A stretch of DNA of 52,103 bases, counting the filler, from Bipalium vagum (taxonomy: Eukaryota): assembly GCA_037834085.1 (NCBI GenBank). It is 2 parts of 2 records of this genome, joined end to end, with 100 filler letters (N's around TTAATTAATTAA, not from the genome) between each part and the next. Parts side by side here need not be neighbours in the genome. Positions count along the whole stretch, not along the records: positions 23,588 to 52,103 come from JBBMKC010049309.1; 1 more part is not named here. The stretch is one strand, 5' to 3'. This document shows, in pieces, positions 37,420 through 50,950 of this stretch (position 1 is its first letter; the number at the start of each line of letters is the position of its first letter). The notes under the pieces are model-generated. The model worked only from the letters and a program-made list of their open reading frames with translations. It was not told the DNA's origin and ran no database searches. The position numbers and the translations under genes were made by a program.

Positions 37420-37930
37420 AAATCATTCTCATTTCATTAGCATTATAGATTTGTTCTCGTGTTAAATTCCAAGTTTCAATCTCTTGTTGCAACTTACACA
37501 TAAAGGACAAAATTAATAAGCGAAAATTTTCTCTCCACTTACTTTTAAAGAACGTATTCCACGGCGGTTCTTAAAATTTTGTATTTACCCAGCACTTAGT
37601 TCAAATACAACAGTTGGATTCAACAATCTATGAAATTCTATATCTTTTTACCGCAGTAATTCATTGTCTATTATGGTTGTCAGCCGCTATTATGGAGTTG
37701 CCCGCTTAAAAAACCAATTATAAAGGTCTTTCTCTATTTCGAGAACCATTAATATGGGACCTTCCTTGATTTGTTTCATTTAAAAACTGAGGGATTTTGT
37801 TTATTTATTTTACTTAATTCTATGGGCAGTGGTTCTGTCCAATTTAAAAACTTTTAAAACATCTTTGATTTTTTAGCCACCATCGATTTTGGAAATAATT
37901 TCCAACTTATCTTTTCCTTTAATTTTCTTC
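37420..37930 (-). mobile_element. Decayed Tigger/pogo (CENP-B-like) transposase
   Basis: EIEKDLYNWFFKR, SAG*IQNFKNRRGIR (cf. S.GWL..FK.RHGI), NLTREQIYNANE (cf. EQIFNADET). Confidence 0.7.
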
Positions 37931-39465
37931 TAAATAAATCATGAAATTAATTTAAGATTGAAATTAAACGTGCATTTTAATTTTGAAATGTTTCAATTAT
38001 CAAAGTTGCAATTTTGAATTATCACTGTATTATATTATTAATTAACACTTTTATACGTAAATATATAAATATTTAAAATAAATAGTCTACAAAATTTCTA
38101 AGTCAAAATTGCCAAATATGAAAATTGTCTGAAAAAGCATTTTTTGGAAAATAAATAATATGAGAAATTACAGAAATTCGAATTTAAAATTCTTAAAATT
38201 GAAAGTGACGAAGATAAATACAATTCTTGAAGGCTCTTTTGAAGGACAAGAACTCCTTTTATCGTTATTTTGAAATAAGGCTGATTCATACATCTCAGAT
38301 TAATCAAAAATTCAGCGGTCTATGATATCCTATTCAACCCAGCTAGATTACTGAATAATAAGGTAGCGCAGATTATTTCTAAACATATTCATAAATTAAA
38401 TAATATTGAACCATTGCTATCTCGTGTGTTTTGATTTTAATAAATTTATTGTTTACCTTCAGTTGAAAAGTTGGAAAGGCCATAATAACCATTATTATAA
38501 TGTTTATTTAGCATAATGAAACAAAATTCAGCTACAAGATATTTAAAATAAGCACACCTACGACAAATGCACTCAGAAGAGCTTATAAACCAACAAATGT
38601 TTGGAAACAGACTTAAAATCGCATTTTGAAAGCAAATGTCATAGACATTATAGCAGGATGAATATTTTCAGACAAGAAAACAAAATAATCAAATTTAAGT
38701 CTTCAATTAATAAAAATGAACATAAATCTTAAGATTTGGGACATTATCTGAGCAATTTTCTTATCATTAATATTTTAATTTATAATAATAGTTAACATTC
38801 AAAAAATGGAATGAGTAATGAGAAACCTTTCTGCAAAAAATATGAATTTTAACTTTACGATTCAAAAATAAACAGAACAACGCGAAGACAATACATGATC
38901 TCTTTTCTGATATCGTAGATAAAATTGAAGATCGTCTTTTGGTTAAACGTCCTCGGATTCTTGATTACGGTGAAGTGACAGTACTGTTCCTGCAAATCCT
39001 TTGATGGTTTTTATGAAAACTGAATTAAACCACAACTTAATCAGTTTAAATATTTAGATGTTACTGTATGATGAAATTCTTTGCATATAAATTTTTAAAC
39101 TTATTATCTAAAGGAATTTAGATTATATTTCCAATTATGGTTTTATCCTAGCGATTCGATTACTATTTTAGTACTACGAATGTATGTTTGTATTAGAATT
39201 CTCATTTACAATTTTTATTGTGCATCATATCCGTTTGAAAATATTTTATTTTTGTCAATAATAATAATTGATAATAAATAATTACTTAAGTATAAAAATA
39301 ATCATACATAATATTAATAAAATAATTACTATTATTATTAAATGATTATAATCGTTTATGTAATATAAAATTTTAAAATTACGATATTGCATAAAAAAAT
39401 TAACATTTTGCAGGATAAAATATGTTCGTGCTGAACTGAATAATTGAAACTCCCGGCGATCCATT

Positions 39466-40182
39466 TGTTAATTTAAAAGTGGAGATGGAGTTAGTCACAC
39501 GAAAAGGGAATTAATTAGGTTTTTTACAGTGGAGTACGTTTGAGATGAAATTGCAATAAATTACTGGAGTTCAATTTGTAAATGAGAAAATGAGAGATAG
39601 CGAGGCTTCATTAAAGAGAGATGACAGAAAGAGGATTAATTATTTACCTTAATTGAGTTCAACCTTGGCTGTTGTTTGAAATTCCCGGTTTCAGCATAGA
39701 TCAACAGGATAGGGAAGAAGACGAAGAACATCCTTGATGCTCTAGTGATAGCAGTGACCTTTAGGAGCGTTCATTGGCTGGTGGAGCAAGTCTGAGACCA
39801 CCAACTTCATGGAGTTACAGAGCTTTCCCAGTCAGAAGAAATTAAGTAGTATAGAAAGAAGTAAAATAAGTGAAAAATAATTGAGACTTAAATTGTAGTT
39901 AGTTGAAAATTGAAGTAAATTTAAAAAGTTGAATTGAAGAGAAAGCTGAGAACTGAAAATTATGTGGAGATTTCAGTCGAAGGCATTTGATTCGAAGTCA
40001 AAGGGTTTGGAAGGGAACTTAATCAGGTCTTCATTAAAATTTATTTTATTTGTGGAAATTGACTTGGTGTTTTTCTTTTGTTTGTTATAAATTTCGCTGC
40101 TATTAATATTTAATTGTCTTTTATCAGTCCACGGTACGAACGAACCTATAGAAAATTTGGATTCAGATATAAATTATTAACA
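39466..40182. mobile_element. Probable solo LTR (about 717 bp)
   Basis: TGTTAAT...ATTAACA perfect 7-bp inverted TG...CA ends around a GC-enriched non-coding block. Only a 3-bp ATT flank match. Confidence 0.4.
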
Positions 40183-42169
40183 ATTTCCTGAAAAATCGTA
40201 TTAATTTTAACTTGTAAGACTAACATTAGCACAGTTTTGTAGTAATATTTCGATTTTCTGAATTTTTTTTAATGTAATTATAAGATATTAGACTGGATTT
40301 TTAAAGTCGGGTAAATCCAAGGTCTAATGATGATTAATAATAAATTATATAAAAATTATTCATGACTAAATCATGAAAAGCCAATAAAAATCACACTGGA
40401 TCAGACAAATCTAACTCATGAATAAGTGAAAAATGTTTTATTAAGACCACGTCCAACACAAACAGAAGCTATTAGAGACAAACCGAAGATAAAGCATACA
40501 GAATTTGTCAGTCTTTTATACAAGTAATCCAAATTAAAAGATTTAAGGATCAAGTAACTCACAGTCAAAAGTATTAGTGAAAAAAAATTTTCTACGAAAA
40601 TCAAAGAATATAGTAAAAGTTTATACACACGACTATTTTACAACTGTTCAAAATATTTGTAAAGTAAATATTGAAATTTCTTTGAATTTTTCATATCAAA
40701 TCTAAACTATTCGGTATAAATAAAATAGAAATAATAGCAAAATTCGTAGATATTGTAACAAAAAATACAAAATAATGAAAAAGAATTATACAATGACTAT
40801 TCTATGTAACAAATCTTTTTTAGGCCGAGAAAAAATACAAATAACTCACGTAAGCCAGAAAGAAAAACAACAGTTTCTTAAATAAAAATATATAATTTCT
40901 TTAAGCGCCTCAGAATTAATTTCAAAATGAAGCGGTGAAATGACAAGGTTATCAAAAAAGATTTCTTGTGCTTTGGTTCACACAAGTTCATTGTACTTTC
41001 AGTGTCTTTATAAATTTAAGCTTTCCAAGGCTTTAGACTTTATGTCACAATATGTTTATAGTGAAAATTTATGTAGCGTGCTTTCAAATCAAGAAAAATG
41101 TCAATATTCACTCACAATCAATAGTTAACAACCCATGAATCGTACTCACAACGTCGAATATTTTCTATCTACACATGGTCATGCATAATGAAGCCAAAGA
41201 AAAATAAAAGGAGAACGGTAGTGATATTTTGATTATAGTATTAATTAATAAGATTGCATTTTGTATTTCAATTATGGTTTTCGAAAGATTTTAAAGGAAA
41301 ACTATTTGTTTGAAGAAGTTATTTTTCAGAATTTCAAAATAAATAAAATGTAAAGATTTTCAATTTTTATGTCATAAGATTTTTTTTACAGGCCCCCCTG
41401 TTTTACTTTATAATGCAACAGAATTACATTTGGGTCCTATGAAATTCAACAGTCTTCGATTGAATCATTGGAGCCCACTGACCCATTTTATCTCTCGTAG
41501 TGAGGTTATATTTTCTTATTGAATTAATATGTGTCATTTATTTTATTGTTGGTCATATCGATATATTTATTTCATATTGATTATCGATTAAAAATTTTTA
41601 AAATAGTTATCTAATTGTTTTATTAAGCTTCATTTGAAATTTTATTTGATTTTTCAATATAATATCTTTTACTACTAAGATTAGTTAATATTATATATCA
41701 ATTATGATAAAATAATATTTTGTGACTTAATTTCTTTTTTTTATAAGTAGAACGAGATAATAACATAAATGAGGAGGTATAAGAGAGACAGTAATTATAT
41801 AGATCCAAGATCCCGATGATACCATCGATGGTCAATGTCGGTAGAGCCAGTAACTCAAGACTTTTTACAGAAGCCCGATGAGAGAATGAAGAATCACACA
41901 AATTAGGACTCTACATTTGTTTTTTGTCTTTCTCATTATTATTTTACTCTACGGCAGAGTAAAAGGTTGTAATTCAATACATCTTGGTTTGTATAAATTT
42001 ATTGACAGATACTACTTAGCTCATCAGCTTCCATTTTATTAGACATGTGAATTGAATTGGTCCGTTTTATAATACAAAACACTTTATTATGAAAAAACAG
42101 GTACATGTACATTAATCAAAGTTTTTTCCACTGTTTGCTATTATTTATTCCACCTGACTGGCAGTTGCT

Positions 42170-42400
42170 GGAATCCTTGGTGGAAAACGACTGGAAGTGA
42201 TCAATTCAATAGGCAATTTTTTATTTCTTCATAATCGTTGAAGTACTACTTCAAAGGTTCGTGTGACATAGGTAAAAAATAATGATATTCACTCGAAGCA
42301 ATGTCGGGTGAATACAGTGGGTAAGATAAAACATCCAATATAAGATCTCATAAAGTGACATTCATAATCTTTGCAATATGTGGTTGGGCGTTATCTTGGT
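42170..42400 (-). mobile_element. Mariner transposase catalytic-domain remnant
   Basis: HQDNAQPH (~42380-42400) and PLYSPDIASSEYHYF (~42275-42322). Confidence 0.75.
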
Positions 42401-43499
42401 GAAAGAAAACATCTCTTTACATATTCAGGTAGCTTATTTTTCAATACCTGATTGATTGTTTAAATCTATCAATTGTTGTTTGTAAAGTTTATCTTTGACG
42501 AGTTTGTTCTCTTTTCACAACTCTTGATACAGCATACTGTTTTTTATCCTAAGATACTTGTAGTCAACATTTCGTTTTGGTGTCTATTTAGAGAGTGTCT
42601 GGGATCAGATATCCATTTTCTTCGTTTATTATTATGTTAAGTGAGAAATGGGTGTTATTTGAAAAAACGAGTTCTAATGCCAAAAAAACAAATATTAATA
42701 TTAATCTAAAAGACAATTTCCACCAATGTCAATGACTAATTTTCTGAGAAGAATTGAGCACTTCAAAGTAAGGTGAATCATTCATGCTCCACAATATAAA
42801 CCGCATCACTTTTAATCCGTGTATTTTCGGTTTTGGAGTTGAAACCGGTCTTTTATCAAGACTTAACTACCTTTACTGCACGGATTTTCAAAATATATTC
42901 ACTTCTCAACTGACGTAAGGATTGTTTTAAAAAAATATTCTCGAATTTGCGAAATAACATTTGACTCAGGCTAATAGACACTGCCATGTTTTCAAAACTA
43001 AGTTGATATGGGGATCCATTTACCAAACTTATTTATTTTTCCAATTGAATGTAAATGATTTGCTATGACCATATGGTTGCCTTTGAAGCTCTCAAACAGC
43101 TTTCGAGGATCTGTTTCAATGATTTCTTTAAAGTCATCATCTCCCATCGACTATCCATACTGATCATTTATCAGATTAACATTCCCATGTCTAAATCGTT
43201 GAAACCATCTGCATTGATCATTAGTAATAATACTATCATTAAACACTTCGTTCGGTATGATTGTGCGACAGTCTTTCCTTGTTTGAAATCATACCACATA
43301 CAAATGTGAATTTTTTATTTTTGGTCATCCATATTTCTAAGTTTATTTTCAAAGCAATGATGAATGAGATGAAAGATTAATAAAATATTAAGAGACAAAT
43401 ATACATAAAAAATTTAATTTGGCGATTTTTTGTGGTTTTTGCAATAATAAATGTTATTCAATCAAACGCGCATTTCTATCTTAACCTTATATTATGGAA

Positions 43500-43930
43500 G
43501 TATATCTACTTTTCAACTTCAGTCAAAATATGGTGCAAACTTTATTAGTAATGTAAATCACCGTCCTCAGACTTGCAATCCCGGATAATGTAATTAGCCA
43601 TCTTGAAACGTCTAAACCATTCTCTGCATGATTTAGCGGTAGGAAAAATTTTACCATAAGCTTCCATGAACATTCGATGAGCCCCAGTTGCTGTCTTTTT
43701 CAAATGGGAGCAGAAATTAAAAACTTCCCAGAAATGTTGTTTTTGCGGTTCAAATTTTAGCATTTTTAATTAAGTTAAACAAGATATTATTACTACAATT
43801 CAAAGCACTTATTAGCAAAATATTAAACTATTTCCAAACTAAAAAATAAATCTGAAGTTATTATATTTTTAAAATAATCAATAATTAATTGACATAAAAA
43901 CAGACCAAATTAATCCAAATACTTAAAAGT
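43500..43930 (-). mobile_element. Mariner (Mos1-like) 5' fragment with N-terminal HTH
   Basis: ORF 43545-43763: KKTATGAHRMFMEAYG..PTAKSCREWFRRFK, as in the Mos1-type HTH. Confidence 0.8.
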
Positions 43931-45619
43931 TGTACAGAAAAGATTTGGTTTATAATGAGGTTTCAGTTTTTAATGTTTTAAAGTTTCCTTACCGAAACAA
44001 TATATTAGTACAGATATAATATAATAGTACCATTATTATCCATCGAACCCTGCTAAAAAATTAATATGTGAATAACTCCGAGAAGTACAATTGTTAATAA
44101 ACTCTAATTAAATGTTATTTGTAATTATTACTAATATTTATTGAACAATAATAAAAAATTATTACTGTTACTTAACTGATTCTAATTATAATCAAAGTTA
44201 ATCTTAACAACTGAATCAGATCTAACCAGTTACTAATAGTTGGTGTAATAATTAGTTAGAGAACACAATAAAATTTTTTTGTTAATACCCATTACAATGG
44301 ATATATAATAAAAAAGGGAATATTCAATTTTCCAAAATTTTAAAATCAGTGATTGTAAATATTTGGAAAAATCAACCTTTTTAAAGTCAATAACATTAAA
44401 ACAGTAAAATATTAGATAGTTTATTAAAGTAAAAATGTAAATTTAAAAAACCCCAAACTAAATCTAACCTTGAAATAAGAAATTATATTAAAATCAATCA
44501 AGGACGATCACTCGTATTTGTAAAATCCCTTTTTAATATAAAATATAATTTTGAAATACTTGAATTTGATTTAGTCATTTTAAACCTTATTATAATAAAG
44601 GCAACCTACGCCGTTAAGACCTAATAAACATTATTTTAAGCTCCACCTTCTATAAAATTAGGATCTTAACAGTGCTTTGCAAATAACGATATTTCATTAT
44701 AATTTTCTGTAACACACATCTAATCATATTAAAAGCTAAAATGGATTTGTTTCTTTATTTTTAATATTTCAAGAATTATTATGTTCGTAGTTTCGCGTCA
44801 CTCCAATTAACTTCTCACCTACCAAATCTAAATCTTTATCGCACTTCAACATCCCAATTAAAAAAAAACACAATTCCTTTAAGCCAATACTCTCCTAAAA
44901 TTAAACCACATACCCTTATCCATATCCATATCGAAGAATTTATTAAATCCCGATATCAGGGTTTTAAAACAGCGATAAAATTTTAATTTAACAATTTTCA
45001 ACCAATTTCATACTGTATAAGTACAGAATTTGTGAAATTTTATGTAAGCGTTTAATTGTTTTAATAAGTTAATATAACCAAATTTAGATAAATCAAACTC
45101 AATTTTGGATAATGTTGTCAATTAAGATTGAGTCAAAATCGTTTGCTGATGGCTCAGATGAATTCAGCAATATCTTTAAGATGACATAAGAAAGTTGAGA
45201 CGGAAAATATACCAACAAAAAGAACCATAACCCAGGTCTTTAAAAATTTTTTAAAACTCACAGTGTATGGAATATTCCAAAGTTAAGAAGACCATCAATT
45301 GATGATAAAACATTTATAAATATTTCAGATTTTCTATAACATCGTATGAGATGCTGATAAAGAAATTGGATGCAGTTTTAAAGTAGTACATAATAAATTT
45401 AGATCTAATTTTATTTTTTATTATTTTATTTGTAATTTATTATTATTATGTCTACTAAAAATGTTATTTTTGTTATTAAGACTTAAATGAAACATGTCTT
45501 TGGCTTATAAAAAGATATGAAATAATTTATTGCTGTTTTAAAATTCGCTTAACCTCCTAAATATAATAATGATAAATTATTTTATATCCACTTTTTTTAA
45601 TAATCTATTTTCAATATCA

Positions 45620-46150
45620 AATATGATCGTAAAATGAGATTTTAGTAATTTTATGACATTATTGGAAAAAAATTTTCACGTGGGAATCTATCCGTTTTAT
45701 TACAGAATTTGAAGGCCAAAACGAAATAAACAAGAGGACAATTATCTAGTGGTTTAAAAGCTAAGATCTGGTGACACAAGTGCCAAAGTCAAATCAGTTG
45801 CGGAAGGGTATCTGTGTTTGACAAAGATATCTTGAAAAAATCTGTTGAATCCAATCCGTCTTAAGCAATTCGTCAATTAGCCGCTGAATTTGGTTCTTCA
45901 AAGTTCACCATCTGACGACATCTTCATTCTATTTGGAAAAATTAAAAACTCCTCTAATCGACCCTTGTGAGCTATGAAAACCTCAGGCAAATAAACGGCT
46001 TGAAATTTGTAAGTTACTTTTAAATAAAATTATGGACGACCGGTTTGTCAGAACGATAGTCGCCACGAATGAAAAATGTGTTTTCTTTACTAAGCCAAAC
46101 AGAAAATATCAATGGTTATCTACAAATGAGTCGCCATTTTCTTTTCCTAA
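45620..46150 (+). mobile_element. Decayed mariner transposase N-terminal half
   Basis: IRQLAAEFGSSKFTI*RHLHSI (second HTH) and DRFVRTIVATNEKCVF (cf. FL.RIVTGDEKWV). Confidence 0.7.
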
Positions 46151-48197
46151 AGAACTGCAATCCATAATTATTTCCCAACAATAATATAATATAATAAATA
46201 ATTGCACTGGAGCACAATCCCAAAAAAATTCAGACATTTTACCAATGAAAAATAAGCCTGTTTATTCAAGCTGCACAACACTTACGATTCCTAGAAGCGA
46301 AAATATTTACACACACGTTTTTTACATTCACTCAAGCATAAATATTTTCCAGAAAAAATTAAAATCTGTTTACTGTCATATTTGCAGAATATTTCTTTGA
46401 TAAAATTTATAAATTTTTCTTCAGATACTGTCGCGAAAGAAGACAAGACCTTTCCGATTAATAAACGCTAGTTGTTACTGTCAACGTTTATCATGCATTA
46501 AATCTTTTTCTTGAACATACTTCTTGGAAGTAAATGTCTCACCCGAATTCAAAAATTTGTGATGAAACCCATGGCAGACCAGTAAAGGATCAGAATAATC
46601 TTTCCAGACACGACATTGATTTCGAAAATTACACTAATCACAATCTAAACATTGAGTGTTGTGAGCGGTTATCATATAATATCCATTTCTCAACTCAAAT
46701 TACTATTCGATCAAAAGACATTTTCTTGTTGATTAGAAACCTGAATTAGATTAGAATTGAATTATATTTTAAACAAACCTCTTCAAAAGCAAAAATATCT
46801 ATCAGATGTTAAAATAAAATAACATGCTAAAATCTATCCTAAAGTTTTTCTTTAGTAGAAAAAATTAATAAATAAACTACCAACTCACTTGATCATAACA
46901 AAGTTGGACATTAATTATATTAAATAAATATTTTAGCAGTCTCATCCCTAATAGAATCAATTAACAATTTAATAAAATCTCTTTGACACAATCTCAGATC
47001 TTTACACTATTAGTTGGAGAACTTGAATTTTTTCGGAGGGCTTATTTAGGCCACCTTTAGTCAATAAGACTCTGAGCTTATTAATAATAAGAATAAAATC
47101 TTGGAAGCTGTTATTAGATTTTTTGGTATTAATTTGTGTAATTATAATTTACAATACAAGTGTTAAACAACAATCTCTTTTCATTTATTTTTATTGCAGT
47201 TATTGTGATACTTGGTGAAAGGTTAGTTGAACTACCATAATTCATTTTCATTAACTCAACAAAAGCTCTACACCAGGCCGTGGGAGACTTATTCATTTTG
47301 ATTAGTTAATTTCATTTATGTCGCAGGATTTCAAATGGGTCCCACGGGGTTCGTTTGTCGTTAGGAGAACCATTTCGGTCTAACAATCAAAGGATCCATT
47401 GCACTGTCACCAATAAGCTTCTAGTTATTTTTATTTTCCTCATTAATATTATTTATGAAAAGTATGTTATTGACTTAGACATTAAGATTCGGGTTATTAG
47501 ACTTCTTATTCTGATTTGATTTGCATAGATTTATTATTATTGCGATTGAAATGTGCTGATTTTATTATTATTTCACTGTGAATGATAAATGAAATATATT
47601 TATTTCATGTGTTTAACTGTATTCATTATACGGGTGCAATAATAACATTAATGAGCAGTCGATTATTAATATTTTTCTTAAAATTTGATAAAGTAAAATC
47701 AAAGTCACATCGGTTTCGGAACCTGGTTATCTAGTTCTTGATTTTATGAAAATCACCAAATAACCATATGAAGCTACTTTATTGTCAAATTAAAACTGTC
47801 GACCTATTTTTCAATTTAATTATAAAAAATTATAAATTTATTTTTTATTAATTTTACTTTATAGTATTACTGCTATGTGATTTTTTTATATTAAAAAAGG
47901 AATTTTAAGAAAATATATAAAATAATTTGGTATGTTCTTATAATTCAGAAGAAATAACAATCTTCATTTTTAGAAAATCTCTAATTCTGAAAATTTAAAT
48001 AACTTAAGAAATTATGAAAATCAATAAATTTTTAAATGATTCCAGATTTTTGTAAAATTTTTGTGTGAAGTGTCATTTTAAATATTATAATTTGTTGGTT
48101 CATCAATTGCAGGATAATCTTAAATAAAAAATCAAAGGTTATTTAATTTTCAGTTGAAACTAATATGTACACTAGCTAAATGGCTAAATCATATATA

Positions 48198-48317
48198 CTC
48201 ATGCTCAAAAGTGTTAGATTAAAAATAAATTTAATTAAATAGATTAAAACAGTTAAATAAAACATTTTCTTTATTTTCGGTAATAAATTCTACATGGCTA
48301 ACACTTTTGAGCATGAG
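48198..48317. mobile_element. 120-bp MITE with 20-bp perfect TIRs and TA flanks (Tc1/mariner type)
   Basis: CTCATGCTCAAAAGTGTTAG (48198-48217) and CTAACACTTTTGAGCATGAG (48298-48317), with TA at 48196-97 and 48318-19. Confidence 0.8.
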
Positions 48318-48790
48318 TATATTATAGTTATGGTCATACAATTATGTTACTTTGAAAGATTTTATTTATGCAAAAATAATAAAGTTTAACAAAGAAATAT
48401 AATTGAAATTTTATAAAAATTTGGTTATTTTAAATCTGAAGATCATATTTCAAATATAAAATTTTCTTTAAAGCAATAACTTATTGAAAATTTGGCAACA
48501 TCTCTAATAATTCTTATCAGAAAGTTGGCCACACAATTAAGTCATTTCTGTTTTAAATGTAATTTCATTATTTTCACTTGTTAATTTACGGTTAAATTTG
48601 TATTTAATTATTATCTAGCTTTTATATAATTATTTTATTTCATTAGTAGTGAAATTAATTTGGAGATGGGAAAAAGTCATAGCTCAACAATAGAAGATTA
48701 ATCGTAAATTTTTACGAAAAAGATAATAATGTTGATGATATATCCAGAAGAACAAAAGAATTTAAATGGATGCATTGCTAGGAAAAAACC

Positions 48791-48807
48791 ATATATATAT
48801 ATATATA
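48791..48807. repeat. (AT)n microsatellite
   Basis: Read directly from the sequence. Confidence 0.8.
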
Positions 48808-50149
48808 TTCTCACTATCAATTTTAAGATATAGATATAAGGGTTACGTTAAGAAACATTGAAAATATTTACAAAAACAGACACGAGCAACGCCGCGGTGA
48901 ACGTTAGCACACAAATTCAAAGGCTACAGAATAGATACTTTTCATCTCGATCAATTGTAAATTATTGGCAACAATCTTATTTTATTGAATTTAGCGTAAG
49001 TATTCTCATTATTGTTATTATGAAACTTTATTTTAAAGTTCATAATTTTGGAGTGACTAATTGTATTAAATATAAATCCAATTTCCTACAGATACCAATA
49101 AGCAGAAATTATTGAGTATTTCAATAACATAAAATTGAAACACAACGAGTAGTTAGTGATTCTATAATTACTCACTTTTTCCTGATAAATAAATACTAAA
49201 ACAAGGAATCCTCGTTTTTGTTCGCGGCTTATTCACTATTAAATATATTACATTTTTTGTTTGATTCACACCAAGTAGAAAGATAAATCATCTGTTCTTT
49301 AGAATATTTAAAAATTTCATTAATGGTAAGAGAGGGTTTTCCCCATTAATTAAGCGAAAATAAATGGCGAATTTTTTCTAAATAGATTATTGTAACAATA
49401 ATCATTCTTATTTAATCTGTAAAATTAGAGTTGATTTGTAATTGTTTTGAAAAAATAATGCGTGGAACATCTTTTTTATTTTAGTCATTTGATTTTATCA
49501 TTTTAATACGAACACCTTTCAAATCAAAACATTCGAGACGTTAAGATCTCTATTAATGAACGTTATTGCTCCACTAAGAATATAAAAACATTTAAAATTA
49601 ATTTTTAGTCGATTCTTATTTAGTAATTGGACAAGATTAATGTAACCATCAGCCGTTAAGATCTTTGTATCTGCATTTTATCTCCACTTTTAAGAACATT
49701 AACAAATTATTTAATTAAGTCCTATTAAGATAAATCCAAAGACACGTTGTCTTTCTACCATAGCTGTATTTGTGACACTCGTATCAATACTATTACTTGA
49801 GTTGATTTTAATCAGTTATTGTTAAATTATTATTTTAAATTTCTTCATTTAATATTTTCTTGAAAATTTACCTTATAATTTTACGGGAGCATCTATTTTA
49901 GTGTTATTAATGTTGCTTTTCATTTATTTTGATTCAAAATTCTAATGTATTTTATATAAATTTAATAAAATATAAAATAATAATCAAAAAACCTAAAACG
50001 CATAACTTCATGAACCAACGAGATTTGACTTTTTTTCATACTGGTTCCATAAATATCAATATCAACTGAGGCATCAATTATAAATTTCATTAATTTTTCT
50101 ACTGACGTTAAAAACAATTAATAATTCATATTTACTTCTGAGCATATGA

Positions 50150-50950
50150 AATTCATTAAAATATTTAAAAATAATATTCAGTCCAATTGCCAAATGAACA
50201 GAATATCTAAGATCAGTTTACAGCAACATTAAAGTAGGTCAGCTATTGCTAAGAATTAAATTAATAACTTAACCGACTAATAAGTCATATCAGTCCCGAG
50301 ACATTGTAAAAATAAAGCAAATCAAATCGAAAAGAAATTTTTCAAAAAGCTTGGTTAAAAGATTAGTAAATGACGAATGAAAAAGTCAAGAATGAAGAAT
50401 GTTCCCAATAATTTTCTTAAAAATAAATCTGTAAATGTTTGTCCAATTAAAACGACCACTCTTGAAAGCCATACTAAAAACAAAACGGATCCAAAACATA
50501 GTTCAAAATAATATTTATTTTTATTAAAATTAAGAACACACATTCTTTTGAAAAGCTTTTGCAATATTTGTAAAAATATGTTAATAAGTACATCTGTTAA
50601 GTACATATTCAATTCTGATAAATATGACCAAGATTCTTTTGTTTCTGTAAAAATGGTCATCCAAGTTGTTAATATGCGGAATTGTTCTTAGTCAGGAATA
50701 AAAAAAGAATATAAAAAACCTCTTGCATAAAATGTAATTCAGATTTCAACTGCATACACTATATATTCTTAGTCAATTTCTGTCTATTCAAATGAAGTCT
50801 ATATGATGATAACATTATTGAACAGTTGCTTTGTTCAATATTTAACACAAATTGATTCAAAAAGTGCCATTGGAAATGAGTAAAGACCTCGACTACGTGC
50901 TGTAAATATCAGGCTTGACAGTAATTTTTTAATGGAAAAAATTCCAATGT
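50150..50950 (+). mobile_element. Possible very decayed non-LTR (LINE) reverse transcriptase
   Basis: Frameshifted fragments in RT order: SPIA.MNRISKI (~50180; cf. YRPIALLN..YKI), SGIKKE (~50692; cf. GVKQG), SLYDDNII (~50797; cf. LYADD). Weak. Confidence 0.25.

Noticed and set aside
50355-50660. 101-aa hydrophobic ORF
   Set aside because: F/L/I-rich composition is expected from AT-rich DNA; no splice chain or motif found.
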